Shown: positions 23,941 through 37,150 of the stretch, piece by piece
Numbering within the stretch: the stretch's first letter is position 1
How the letters are laid out: each line of letters starts with the position of its first letter
Assembly: GCF_006345805.1 (NCBI RefSeq)
Contig: NC_043022.1
Coordinates: 8,990,001 to 9,054,000, forward strand
Length of the DNA: 64,000 nucleotides
Source: Octopus sinensis
Taxonomy: Eukaryota
Direction: 5' to 3'
The notes under the pieces: model-generated
The model's input: only the letters and a program-made list of their open reading frames with translations
What the model was told of the DNA's origin: nothing
Databases searched by the model: none
Translations under genes and position numbers: made by a program

Positions 23941-25344
23941 GTTTCATTCTTAAAGTAATACTTACTGGTGAAAGAGAGAAACAAGTAATGAACCACACTA
24001 AATCTGATATCGTAAACCCATACCATTGCTTACATAGACAAATAGACAAACTCCTCGTTTCTACATCTTCAACATTATTTCCACTGCTCACACTTGTCTA
24101 TTACTTTAGCATTACTTTAAGAAGAATTTCTAGCTGTATTTCTCTGAATCTTCTTATTTTATTGATCAAATCAAGCTTCATCCTGTTAAAATTTACTGTG
24201 TCTGCACACACACATACACACAGCTTTTTTTGTATTATTTAATATTTTTTTTTTTTACTATTTCACAGCAGGCTAACCTTCTTTCCGTTTTTTTATTTTC
24301 TTTTTCCATTTTTTCGTTGTTTTTTTTTTTCTTCCATTTTATTTATTCTGTAGACTCGATATAGTAAAATGAAAGATACTGAGGGGGATACACACACACA
24401 AAAAAAAAAAAAGCAGAAAAAAATTTTATCTCATCTATCCACCCTTGAGGCTGGCTGCCATGTAATGGCTAAGTCCCTTATGTCATAGAAAAAAAGTATG
24501 AACAGCTAAAAATAAATATATTTTTTCTGTGTTGTCGAATTCCAGAGTTAGTTTCTAGTTTTTCTTTTGGTTTGTTCCCCTCCCCCACTTACCTTCTTTT
24601 TTGTATTTTGGGGGATTTTTTTGGTAAGTTTTCATTCTGATTTTTCTTTTTAGTTCTTGTATTCCTTCATGAGTTTAGTTATTGCAGTGTGGCCATGCTG
24701 GAGTACTGCATTCTAAAGTGTAGTTGATATTACATTAACCCTCAATAATTGTATCATTAGTGAAGGTGTGTGGCCTAGTGGTTACAGTCTTGCACTCATG
24801 ATTGCAAGATTGTGGTTTCAATTCCCAGACCAGGTGGTGTGTTGTGCTCTTGTGCAAAACCTTTCATTTTACTAAACACTTTACGGAACTCATGAATAAC
24901 TCTCACATTTATGACCAATTCCTTGTATATGACTTGCACAGCTTTCACAAGACATCCATCCACACCTAGTTTTCTGAGCAAACCACAAAACTACAGAGTG
25001 TGGAACATAATCTAGGGCCTTCTCCATATCAGTGAACGCCAAATATAATGGCTTATTCTAGCTAAGAACTCTTATCCATCCATCTTCTCTGTCCACTTTT
25101 CCTGATAGAGTCACAGAGACAGAGTCCTCAGGCACTCCTCCATAGGGTCCTTTCTGAAGCAATGGCCATTATACTTTCCAGATGGATTCCCAAGCATGAT
25201 CAACTAAGACTATGGACATCATCCAACCATCTCATTCTTGTTCTATTACTAGGTCTCCTGCCAGTTGTTGGGGTAGAATCCTTAGGCACTTCTTTCATGG
25301 GGTCCTATCATAAGCATCCATCATTACACTTTCTGGCTAGATTC

Positions 25345-25647
25345 TTTTTTGTTCCTTCTCGAGCCATGCCTGGCTCATAAGGGCTGGTCTCCCGGTTTCT
25401 TGGAGTATAGGTTCCCCACCTGGATGGGACGCCGGTCCGTCGTAGGTGAGCTGCAAGATGCAGGAGGAAAGAGTGAGAGAAAGTTCTGGCGAAAGAGTCA
25501 GCAGAAGTTCGCCATTACCTTCTGCCAGAGCCGAGTGGAGCTAAGGTGTTTTGCTCATAAAGACATACATCGCCCAGTCTGAGATTCGAACCCACGATCC
25601 CTCGACCGTGAGTCCGCTGCTCTAATCACTAGGCCATGTGCCTCCAC
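25345..25647 (-). mobile_element. Family C SINE inserted between duplicated RTE-family-2 3' ends
   Basis: Homology to 21521-21830. The flank TTCCCAAGCATGA...CATCCAACCATCTCATTCTTG occurs at both 25187 and 25648. Confidence 0.88.
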
Positions 25648-27469
25648 TTCCCAAGCATGACCAACTGAGACTATGGATATCATCCAACCATCTCATTCTT
25701 GGACTATCTTTTGGTCTCTAGCCGGTTGGCTCAGCTTGAAGAATCTGTCACATAATTCTTTCCTCCGACTTACTAATCACGTGTTCATCGTTGCAGAGCT
25801 GAGACCTGTGAATGTGAAGAAGTCACAGCTCAGCATGGAGCAACTTCCCTATCTCCAAGCTATGCATCTTGTTGAATAACGTTAGTCCAGAGATTCTTTG
25901 GCGGAACCCCATTTCCAACACTTGTCCACTTGTACTCACATTTGTCCTCATTTAGTGGTACCTCATCAAAACTAATTTTCTTCCTAATCAGTTAGTTGTC
26001 CTATAAATCTTTTTTTGTTTTTTTGTTGACTAATTTTTTTTTTCCATTTAAATATTCTTCATAACTGTTTCTATTGCAATAAACATTTCCATTGTGGAGA
26101 ATTTTTAATTTGCTACTACTACAACTCTAACGACTGCGACTACTACTACTACCACCACCACCACCACTGCCACTACCACCACCACCACCACCACTGCCAC
26201 CAACACCACCACCACTGCCACCAACACCACCACCACTGCCACCACCACCACCACTGCCACCAACACCACCACCACTGCCACCAACACCACCACCACTGCC
26301 ACCACCACCACCACTGCTGCTGCTGCTGCTACAGCTACTACTACTTCTTCAAAAAAGAGTTTTCTAAGCATTTTTTTTTGATTCTGGAACTTTTGATCTT
26401 TTCAAAAAAAGAAAAGAAAAAACAAAATAAAACAAAACATTTTTTCAAACATTTGGACTTTAAAATGTAAATTTTTTACATTCAATTTATGAACAGATTT
26501 TGTTTTATAATTTTTGCCAACAATAACAACAATACCAACAGCAACTACTACAACAATAATGATAATAGTGATTCAATAGAAAAAATTAAAACGGAATTTT
26601 TAAAGATTTTTTTTTACCCTTTACTCATATATTCTCCATATCAAATCAATAAAAGAGCTTCTGCTATAACTTGTTAGAAATAGCAGCAAGATCTCCTTAC
26701 CCCCAACCACAATCACATATCACAATCATAAATAAAAACAAGGCTTTTGGATAATATCTAAATATACATACTTTTATATGTACATACTGTGGAGCCCTCT
26801 TCATGGTGATGCAAGAAGAGGAAGATATCACACTTACATCAACATGATAGCAGATATTGGCCTACAGGCCAATATCGAGGCAGGATATTGAGGCAGTGAA
26901 GATGGTCTAAGAAGTATAGTGGGTAGACTTTGTTGCTGCAGCCTGGGTTGGAACCCAACCATAATAATAATAAAATACATACGTGCATACATACATACAT
27001 ACATTAACACCCCCTCCTCAGTCATGAATGACCATGGGATTGCTCCTAGAAAGTTACCCTCCGAGGCACAAGTCCGGGCAAGGTTGTTTATAGAAGACCA
27101 ACAGTTGCCCATGCATACCAGCCACCCCTCTCCACGCCACCGATGTTATCCAAGGGAAATGATGCTCAAGAAAACAACATGCAGCCAGATCTAGGAATTG
27201 AACTTGCAACCTCATGATCGTAAGCTCAACATTCTAGCCACTGAGCCATGCACCTTCCCATACATACATACGAGTGCACTCCATTGGTTACAATGACAAG
27301 GGTTCCAGTTGATCGGATCAGTGGAACAGCCTGTTCATGAACTTAACTTGCAAATGGCTCAGCACTCCACCAGCATATGTACCCTTAGCATAGTTCTCAG
27401 GGAGATTCAACATGACAGAATGTGATGAAGTTGGACCTTTGAAATACAGGTGCCACTTGACTGAGTAAT

Positions 27470-28020
27470 CTGAATGATAAAGAGCTAAGGCCCTTCAATT
27501 TCGGGTTTTGTTTCCATGTCTGGAATTTCTCCAAATACTCCACTGATCTTGTTATTGGAACAAAATCATCAGCATACAAGAGTTTCCACAGACAGCCAAA
27601 ATGATGAAGAGAACAGTTGTGTGAGTAGAGTTTTCACACTCAAGATACATGAACCTCTACATAGTTATTTGGTGTGCTAAGAACAATGCTGGTGCATAAA
27701 CCAAAAAATGCAGAAGATGTAGAAAAGCTGGAAAGAAATGAAGCAATCATGCTTCACTGGATAAGAAATTTGGGGATTTGTGGACAACAAGGCAAAGACT
27801 TGCTAAGAGAAAAACCATGTTGTGTGCATGGGAAATGATTGCATTAGTGAAGATAATAATGAGTATGGATGATGACAGCTGAGTAAAGAAGTGGCAGAAG
27901 GTCCATGTGGAAGGAAACAGAGGAAGGTTAAGACAAAAGTGAGGAAGATAGATGTCAGGGGGCTGAGTAACACTAAGGAGATAATAAATACAGATTCAAC
28001 TGTATTCAAGGGGACTCTCT
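27470..28020. mobile_element. Degenerate RTE LINE with an inverted 5' segment
   Basis: Minus strand 27480-27620: LLYADDFV...LEKFQTWK. Plus strand 27640-28010: NAEDVEKLERNEAIMLHW and RGR-like C-terminal motifs. Confidence 0.6.
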
Positions 28021-28211
28021 AAGCCATTGTAGAGTGATTGGTATTAAAAAATGCATCCGACTGTAGAAACTGTGCTGAAGCTGACAAGGGAATTTGATGC
28101 AGTCATACGGCTTGTCAGATCCTGTCAAACAATCCAACCCATGCCAGCATGGAAAAAGGGCTGTTAGATAATAATAATAATATAATAATAATAATAATAA
28201 TTACACAGTAT

Positions 28212-28572
28212 ATACAGTGGTTGTGTGGTAAGAAGTTTGCTTCCTAACCACATGGTTCCAGGTTCAGTGCCACTACATGGCACCTTGGGCAAGTATCTTC
28301 TATTACAGTCTTGGGATGACCATAGCCTTATGAGTGGATTTACGAGACAGAAACTGAAAGAAACCCATTGTGTGTGTGTGTCTTTGTATCTGCTTGACAA
28401 TCGGTGTTGGTGTGTTTATGTCCCTTAACCTAGCAGTTCAAACAGAAGGAGACTAATAGAACAAGTAGTGGACTTTACAAAATAATCAGCATTGGGGTCA
28501 ATTAGTTGAACTAAAATTCTTCAAGGTGGTGCCCCAGCATGGCCGCAGACTAATGAATGAAACAAGATAAGA
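28212..28572 (+). mobile_element. Family A SINE
   Basis: Homology to 17097-17500. Confidence 0.8.
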
Positions 28573-28578
28573 GATATA

Positions 28579-28953
28579 TCTTTATATATAAAAGTCAAGT
28601 TGTGTGTCTGTCTCCTACGATTTAGATTCCTAACTACTCCCACATTTTGCGGTGCAGTTTAACCAAAACCGGGTATCTTATAGTCGTGATTCATATCGAG
28701 CCCTTCTGGGTATTAGCGCATGTCTACGATGAGTCTACGATTTAAAAAAAAATTTACCATCATTTTTTCCATTTTAATGCATTTTTTCGCTATTATATAA
28801 GGGAAGTAACTCTCTAAAAATGTCTACGATGAGTCAACGATTTAAAAAAAAATTTACCATCATTTTTTTGCTATTTTTTGGCTATAACTCTCTAAAAATG
28901 CTTATATAGTTATTTCCCTTACAAACCCAAGCAACGCCGGGCGATACTGCTAG
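28579..28953 (+). mobile_element. Non-autonomous Helitron (375 bp)
   Basis: Inserted between A and T. 5' TC. 3' hairpin CCC(A)AGCAACGCCGGG followed by CTAG. No TSD. Internal direct duplication of about 100 bp. Confidence 0.85.
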
Positions 28954-29811
28954 TGTTTATATAAAAATAAACTGGAAGTCCTTTGCTTATGATGATGAAT
29001 ATTTCAGTTGATCTGATCAATGGAACAGATTGCTCATGAGATTAACATGTAAGTGGTTGAGTACTCCACAGACACGTCTACCCCTTCACATACTTCTCAG
29101 GGAGATTCAGCATGACACAGAGTGTGACAAGGCTCGCCGCTTGAAATACAGGTACGACTCACTTTTGCCAGCTGAGTGGACTGGAGCAGTTTGAAATAAA
29201 GTGTCTTCCTCAAAGACATATATAAAGGTAAGATCCAAGAATCCAGGTGTAGGAAGTTAGTAAGCTTCAAGCAGTCCGTGGAAGGTATAAAAAACAATTT
29301 TCAGGAATAATAGTGGTTTATCGACTTAGAAGGTTGTAAATTTTTCCCATATCGAAAATTGATAAGCTGAAAAAAAGGTTATTTTATAGTTCACAGTTAG
29401 CAACCGGGGTTGCTGTGTATGTGAATAAAAATCCAGATTAAGGGAATAGAGCAGGTAAAATCCAGGCTACATATGTTTCCTAGCTAACAGAACCTCAGAA
29501 GTAGTAATTACTCAATGAGGGGCACTCCACTAGCTACTCATCAAGCCAAAGATTCCTTAATCAAATGAAGGTTACATGTAGCCTGGATTTTACTTTCTCC
29601 ATTCCCTAAATTTGGATTTATATGTATATTAAGGTAAAGACCCTGAAGAAATTGCACCGGTATTTTAGTAGGGTTGCAGTTGCAACAGTTACTAATCGAT
29701 GCAGTTGAAACATGTGTAGGTCTCTGTAAAGTTGTATATAGAAAAGAATTAAAGGTAATGCTGTGCTACTTCGTAATATTCCTTATTATTAATATATATT
29801 CGTTGATTCTC

Positions 29812-30344
29812 TTATTCTTTCACTGGTTTCAGTCATTTGACTGCAGCCATGCTGGAGCACCACCTTTAGTCGAATGAATCAAGCCCAGGACTTATTCTTT
29901 GTAAGCCTGTAACTTATTCTATTGGTCTGTTTTGCTGAACTGCTAAGTTACAGGGACATACACCAACATTGGTTGTCAAGCGATGATGGGGTGACAAACA
30001 CAGACACACAAACACATATATATATATATATATATCATCATCATCATCATCGTTTAGCATCCGCTTTCCATGCTGGTATGGGTTGGACGGTTCAACTGGG
30101 GTCTGGGAAGCCAGAAGGCTGTACCAGGCCCAGTCTGATCTGGCAATGTTTCTACGGCTGGATGCCCTTCCTAACGCCAACCACTCCATGAGTGTAGTGG
30201 GTTCTTTTTACATGCCACCAGCATGGAGGCCAGTCGGGGTGGTGCTGGCAATGGCCACGTTCGGATGGTTCTCTTATGTACCACCGGCACTGGTATCACA
30301 GCTACAATTTCCATTGATGTTGATCGATTTTGATTTTGATTTTG

Positions 30345-30388
<44 letters not shown>

Positions 30389-30545
30389 GCTTCTTTCAGT
30401 TTCCATCTACCAAATCCACCAACAAGGCTTTGGGTGGCCCGAGGCTATAGTAGAAGACATTTGCCCAAGGTGCCACGCAGTGGGACTGAACCTGGAACCA
30501 TATTGTTGGGAAGCAAGCTTCTTACCATGCAGCCACACCTGCGCC
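29812..30545 (-). mobile_element. Family A SINE with an RTE 3' fragment (about 30035-30350) inserted in its (TA)n core
   Basis: The two SINE halves flank an RTE UTR with a (CAT)n tail. Confidence 0.85.
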
Positions 30546-31029
30546 TATATATATATATATATATATAAGATTCATAGAATACATATATCCAACTCTCCCA
30601 CCCTTTCACTTCCTAAGTTACAATCACACTTTCCTCACCACTGCCACCTCAATTCAGTTTGTTTTACTCCACACCATTTTACATTCTCTCTCTTATGATT
30701 TGATTTCATTCTCCTCATTGATTGCTATTATTCTGTTCGCTATAAATTTCTCTCTCATCAAGAATATTTAAGATTTTACATGAAGAAACAGCAAACAGAA
30801 TAAAATCCTGATTGAGGACATGCCAGCCATGCCATCCTGTCTTTCAAAAGCTACCTAGAACTTAGTATTTCTTCTGGCTCTTTATGTTCTGAGTTCAAAT
30901 TCTGCCAAGGTCAATCTTATCTTTCATCCTTTCACAATTGATTTATCAATAAGTACCAGTTTATCATAGGTGTTGATGTAAAGGACTTACCCTCTCCCCC
31001 TAAGTTTGTTTGCAGTATTTTGTCCGTCT

Positions 31030-31282
31030 TTACACAATGTTCTCAAATTGACACCCAGGGACTCTGAAATGTTCATATTGGAGCTTCAGGCATGAATGCC
31101 AAGCAGCACAGCATCTTGTGTCCAAATTTCAGGCAGAGTGAATTGCATGATGGTACTGTTTTTCTCACAGACAGTGCCCAGCTGAACCTACTATACTGTG
31201 TAGTTGACAAAATCAAAAACAAACAATGTATATGCACAAAATTAAAAATATAAAATGGCAACAATTTACCTATCGCACTCTG
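31030..31282 (-). mobile_element. 5' end of the maT (DD37D) element, second copy
   Basis: Reverse-complement homology to 55608-55840. Ends ...CACTCTG|TA. Confidence 0.75.
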
Positions 31283-31444
31283 TATATATATATATATATA
31301 TATATGAATGTGTGTGTGTATACACACACACAACAGGTTTCTTTCAGTTTCTGTCCGCTAAATCCACTCACAAGGCTTTGGTCAACCCAAAGTTATAGTT
31401 GAAGACACTTGCTTAAGGTGCTACGCCATAGGAATGAACCCAAA

Positions 31445-31678
31445 GGCGGCAAGCAAGCAGAAACGTTAGCACACCGGGTGAAATGCATAGCCGTATTTCG
31501 TCTGCTGTTACGCTCTGAGTTCAAATTCCGCTGAGGTCGACTTTGCCTTTCCTCCTTTCGGGGTCGATAAATTAAGTACTAGTTACGTACTGGGGTCGAT
31601 GTAATCGACTTAATCCGTTTGTCTGTCCTTGTTTGTCCCCTCTGTGTTTAGCCCCTTGTGGGCTGTAAAGAAATAGGA
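31445..31678 (+). mobile_element. Family B SINE nested in the head of a minus-strand family A SINE (31322-31725)
   Basis: The family A head is split, with GGAATGAACCCAAAG on both sides acting as a TSD-like duplication. Confidence 0.85.
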
Positions 31679-32312
31679 ATGAACCCAAAGCCACGTGGTT
31701 GGGAAGCAGACTTCTTACCACACAGCCATATATACCTATGTCTTATTTCACCCCTTCGTCTTCCTTTGCCCTCATCTTCTATGCAACTCCCCACCACACA
31801 TACACACACACAAAATGTTAATTGTCCCTGTGGCGAATAAAAGAAAACTGTTTTATTTTTATTATTATTATTGTCATCATTATTATCGTCATCATTATCA
31901 TCATTATTATTATTATTATCTTCATATTGAAATACCAGAATTTTTTCAAATCCAATAATTCAGAAAAGAAATTTAACGAGTACTTGGCAAAACAGCTCTT
32001 GTTTGATGAGACTGCCATATTTTTGCTGAAAAATTGTCCTTTTTTTTTTTATTTATATTTATTATTTATTTTTTTTGTAAATTAAATGAATTTAATCTGT
32101 CTGTCATTTCAAAAAAAAAAAAGATTAATTTTTTTGTTTGATACTTTTTTTTATTTTTTATCACACAGCAATGAATGAATGTCCTTCATTAAAGAAAATT
32201 TGAAATTCTGGTCTTTTATATAAAAAAATTCTTTTGATTGCACTCTTTGTCTGTCTGTCTATCTCTCTCTCTATTCTCTCTCCCACACACACACACACCA
32301 CTCTCACACATA

Positions 32313-32345
<33 letters not shown>

Positions 32346-33058
32346 CACTTGCCTACTTACAATGAAATTTCAGTTTTAAAGCGTTGAAGTGCAGTAGAGG
32401 TTAGCAACAGTGCTATTTTGCACTAAACTTTATGTGAAATAATTTCCTATGAAAACTAATAATTAACAAGCAATTGAGGAGGGATCTTATATGTCATGGG
32501 TGGGGAACCATTTTTACTACCTGGTGGTGGTGGTGTTTGGGTTGGGGGTAAATTATAAGTGCACAAGAACCTGTGATGGGGGTGGGTGGTGGCACATTTG
32601 CGTTGAGAAGAATGATGACTCATTAATTTTACAAATTCATAGGTTCTACTCCTTCTATTTCTGCTACTCCTCCTCCTCCTCCAGTTGTTTTGTGTTGTAG
32701 TCATCAACAGCTGCTATCTTCTTGAGTTTGCATGGGGTTTTTTCTCTTTTTCTTTTTTTTCTTTTTTGTTTCTGGTTCATGGTCTGTGAGGCTGTTAAAA
32801 TGTCACAGAAAAGAATCACAAGACAGATTCTACAAGCTGAGTCAATCAGCCGGAGTCTTAGGGGTAGACCAAGAATTAGATGGCCGGATGATATCCGTAG
32901 TCTCGGTTGGTCATGCTTGGGAATCCAGTCAGTAATAACAGTTATTTCTGATAACACCCTAGGAAGGAGATGCCTATAGACCCTACCCCCATGACCCTAT
33001 CAGATTTTCTTGTTAAAATTTATGTGCAATAAATTAGTTATATTTCTGCAATGCCCAT

Positions 33059-33280
33059 GGGCATATGGCATAGTGGTTAAGAGCATGGGCTACTAACCCC
33101 AAGATTCTGAGTTCAATTCCAAGCAGTGACCTGAATAATAATAATAACAACAATAACATCGAAAAATACCTTAGGAATGAGAACCCAAGTTCGAGGTTTC
33201 CCCAAGGCACCTGATGAAGGTTGGAGGGTATATCAGTTGAAACGTTGTGTTAACAACAAACAAGATGAGGACAAATATCC
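33059..33280 (+). mobile_element. tRNA-headed SINE-like unit with an (AAT)n linker and a hammerhead-containing tail
   Basis: A box TGGCATAGTGG (33066-33076), B box GTTCAATTC (33111-33119), hammerhead at 33206-33251. Confidence 0.7.
33206..33251 (+). ncRNA. Minimal type-I hammerhead ribozyme motif
   Basis: GGCAC / CUGAUGA-A / GGUUGG-agggtata-UCAGUU / GAAA / CG / UU / GUGUU. Intact catalytic core, 5-bp stem I, wobble-rich stem II, 2-nt palindromic stem III, GUU cleavage triplet. Confidence 0.7.
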
Positions 33281-34078
33281 ATCATCATCATTGTTTAACA
33301 TCCGCTCTCCATGCTAGCTTGGGTTGGACGATTTGACTGAGGGCTGGCAAACCAAATGGCTGCACCAGGCTCCAATCTTGATCTGACAGAGTTTCTACAG
33401 CTGGATGCCCTTCCTAGCGCCAACCACTCCGAGAGTGTAGTAGGTGCTTTTACATGCCACCGGCACGAGGGCCAGTCAGACAGTACTGGCAATGACCTTG
33501 CTTGAATCTTTTTACACATGCCACCAGCACAGGTGCCAGTAAGGTGATGCTGGTAACGATTATGCTCGAGTGGTGCCTTTTCATGCCACCGGCACAGAAG
33601 TCAGTTAGCCACTTTGGCAATGATCACACTCGGATGGTGCTCTTAGCACCCTACTAGCATGGGGCACAAGTGCCAGTAAGGTGATGCTGGTAACGATCAC
33701 ACTCGAATGGTGCCTTTTATGTGCCACTGGCATAGAAGCCGGTTAGCCGCTCTGTCAACGATCACCCTCATATGGTGCTCTTTGCACCCAGCTAGCACGG
33801 ATGTCAGTCATCGATTTTGATTTTGATTTCACTTGCCTCAACAGGTCTTCGCAAGCAGAGTTTAGTGTCCAAAGAAGGAAACTGTATGCATAAGTGGGCT
33901 GGTTACGCCCCTGGCATAAGCCATGAGGTTATGGTCTCATTTGGTTTGCCAGCTCTTCTCAAGCACAGCATATTTCCAAAAGTCTCAGTCACTTGTCATT
34001 TCCTTGGTGAGGCCTAAAGTTCGAAGGTCGTGCTTCACCACTTCATCCCAGGTCTTCCTGAGTCTACCTCTTCCACAG
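33281..34078 (-). mobile_element. RTE 3' fragment (RT C-terminus RGR.RKTWDEVVKH, UTR repeats and tail)
   Basis: Homology to 15520-16246. Confidence 0.88.
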
Positions 34079-34845
34079 ATTTGTAAATAATTCTAAATAA
34101 AATTTAATCATAAAAATATGATAAGAATCTTTCTAAACATCAAATGGCTCTAGGCGGAATGGGGGTCCACCTGAGTGAAACAGGAACTAAAGGGATCCAT
34201 AGGAAAAAATGCTTGTGAACCACTGAGGGAGAATATGGATGGATAGTCTGTGAAGCACGAGTCTGTCACTGATGCAACTCAGTTTTTAGCTGAAATGGAC
34301 TGAAATACAATCGGAAATGAAGTACTTTTTCTAAAGGATACAACATACAGCCCAGTCTGAGAAGTGAACCTAAAACCTCATATTCATGGTCTAATCACTA
34401 AACCAACCACAGAGAAAAGGAAGATGAAGATGAAAGTGACCAAAGAAAGAAGAAAGAGGAGGTTGCAAAGAATGACTCTGTTGTTAAAGGTAATTAACTG
34501 TGTAATTAGGCTCTGCAACAGTAAAATAAGTGACAAGACCAGGTTGAAATATTGTGATCTCTCAAAGTCTCCTTAGCTCGAGGAATTGAGTGTGCTGTGA
34601 ACAGACATTATCTGAAGGGAGATGTCATTCTCCATCTCCAAAGTCATCTCCATCTGTCAGAACATATTAACCTTTAGCACACATTAGGTGCGTCATGGCA
34701 CTGTATGAGTTTTCCCCTTCTAGCTGCAGGTGCATTGTGTCACATTGAGACAGAGAATACTCGTACAATGACATGATGTGTCTACAGTCTGCTAAAAGAT
34801 AAAAATGAATATGTGCATCATTGGTTTGCTTCTCACTGTTTTCTG

Positions 34846-34980
34846 TGCCATTGGTTTCATGTGATAACAATGAAATTATCAAATCTTTCGCTTAAAAATG
34901 TTGGTAATCTGCCTCCATTTTGGGTAAGGCTATGTGAGATTACACGAAACATAACAAGACTTCAGTGTTAGGTAGTATGA
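34846..34980 (+). repeat. Left arm of a 135-bp inverted duplication
   Basis: 133/135 identical to the reverse complement of 37481-37615. Confidence 0.92.
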
Positions 34981-36101
34981 TTTATTCTTAGTTTGGCAGA
35001 CACCAGCAGGCATTAGAAATTATTTGTTTGTTGATTTCTATAAACAAGAGCCATAACTGTTGTTTAGCTTCATTGATTTGAGGGTAGCTTTAACTGAAGA
35101 GATACAGGCAGGTTGAAACGCCCCTTCCTTTCATAAGTCAAGTGTGTTGTAGATATACATTGCCTAGAAGCCATGCTCCAAAAATGAAATACAACAGAAA
35201 TCAGTGTATTTACATTCAAATGAGTGAAGCCTATTAAAAATGAACATGTATATCATTCTTTTCCTTTTTGCTCTTCCCCATTTTGCAGCCATGTGGTTTT
35301 GGGTTCAATCCCACTGAGTGGCACTTTGAGCATGTGTTTTCTACAATAGCCTTGGGTCAACAAATATATTGTGAGTGAATTCGATTGACACAAACTGCAT
35401 AGAAGTGTATGTGCATGTGTATGTGTTTGTCCCACCACCACCACCTCCACCAGAAAACCAGTGTTGGTTTGTTTGCGTCCTTGTAATTTAAGAGTTCAGT
35501 GAAAAGGTGTCGATAGAATAAGTACCAGACTTTAGAAAACAAAGAAGAAAAAAAAGCCAAAATTCTAGGGGCAGTTCGTTCTACTAAACCCTTCAAATCG
35601 GTGCCCAGCATTCACTGCTGTCGAATGACTGAAACAAGTAAAAGTTAGCCGATAAAACTAAAACATTCTTATATAAGATTTTGGTATGGACAATTTAAAG
35701 TGAGATATCTTATATCATTTGACTTCAGAAAGTGCCAGACTAATTGTCACCAAAAGAGTTAAACATGTGTTCAAGTTCGTACAAGCTTTCTTTTTACACA
35801 TTTTTCCTAAAAAAAAGAAAACACATTTTGAATGCATAATTTACGCAATCAACTTCCATTTCTATGCAAAGGGAATTCTTTTCTCATTAGCAAATGATGA
35901 TAATAGTTACTTTCTGTCAACCACTCACCCTGAAGAATATTCTGTTATTTTTCTAAATTAAACATAACACTTGAAGAAAACTGCAAATCACTATAAAATT
36001 CTCTCATTTCTCTCTCTCTCTCTCTTTCTCACTCTCTCTTCAAACACATCAGCACACAGACACGTGTGTGTGTATATATTCATATACATGCATGCATATG
36101 C

Positions 36102-36155
<54 letters not shown>

Positions 36156-36168
36156 ATATATATATAAA

Positions 36169-36202
<34 letters not shown>

Positions 36203-36224
36203 TATATATATATATATATATATA

Positions 36225-36255
<31 letters not shown>

Positions 36256-36736
36256 TCATAGATGTGTGTGTGTGTAAGCATGTGTACAAATATGTATGTA
36301 TCTTTGTATGTTCTTTTTTTCTTTTTAATTTGGAGATAATTTTCATCATCTGCTTGCTTGGTTGCAAGGTTGCAAAGGAAAGTATCTTCTTTTATGTATC
36401 AGCCATTAAATCTTTAGAAGGTCTTGCAGATTTTTATTGTTCCAGTTATCACTATCATTTGTAGCACGTGAATTAAGAAGTTGCATTCTGTCACAAACAC
36501 CCTAAATTCAGCCATATCAATAGTATGTATGTTTGTATGTATATATAGGTATGTTAGGTTTTTCGCTTGTTTGTTTTGGACGCAATCTGTTCAGAAAATA
36601 ATTTGAGATCCACCCCTCCGCAGCTTTGCGTCTATGATGTTTATATCATCACATCCCTCCCATACTCATTTCAGGTATAGGTCCTCTGTTGACATCACAT
36701 AAAATACTCAACACATTTCTAAGGTGTATACTAATC

Positions 36737-37150
36737 ATCATCATCATTTAATGTCCGTTTTCCATGCTAGCATAGGTTGGGCGATTTTGACTAAGGGCTG
36801 GCAACCAGATGGCTGCACCAGGCTCGTCTTGATCTGGCAGAGTTTCTACAGCTGGATGCCATTCCTAATGCCAACCACTCCGAGAGTGTAGTGGGTGCTT
36901 TTTACGTGCCACTTGCACGGGGGCCTGTCAGGTGGTACTGGCAATGACCTCACTCGAATCTTTTTACACGTGCCACCAGCACAGGTGCCAGTGAAGCGAC
37001 ATTGGTAACGATCATGCTTGAATGGTGCCCTTTTACGTGCCAGGGGTACAGAAGTCAGTTGGCTGCTCTAGCAACGATCACGCTCAGATGGTGCTCTTGG
37101 CACCCTACTAGCATAGGCACAAGTGCCAGTAAGGCGACGCTGGTAATGAT
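36737..37150 (-). mobile_element. RTE 3' UTR fragment
   Basis: Homology to 15790-16246. Confidence 0.85.
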
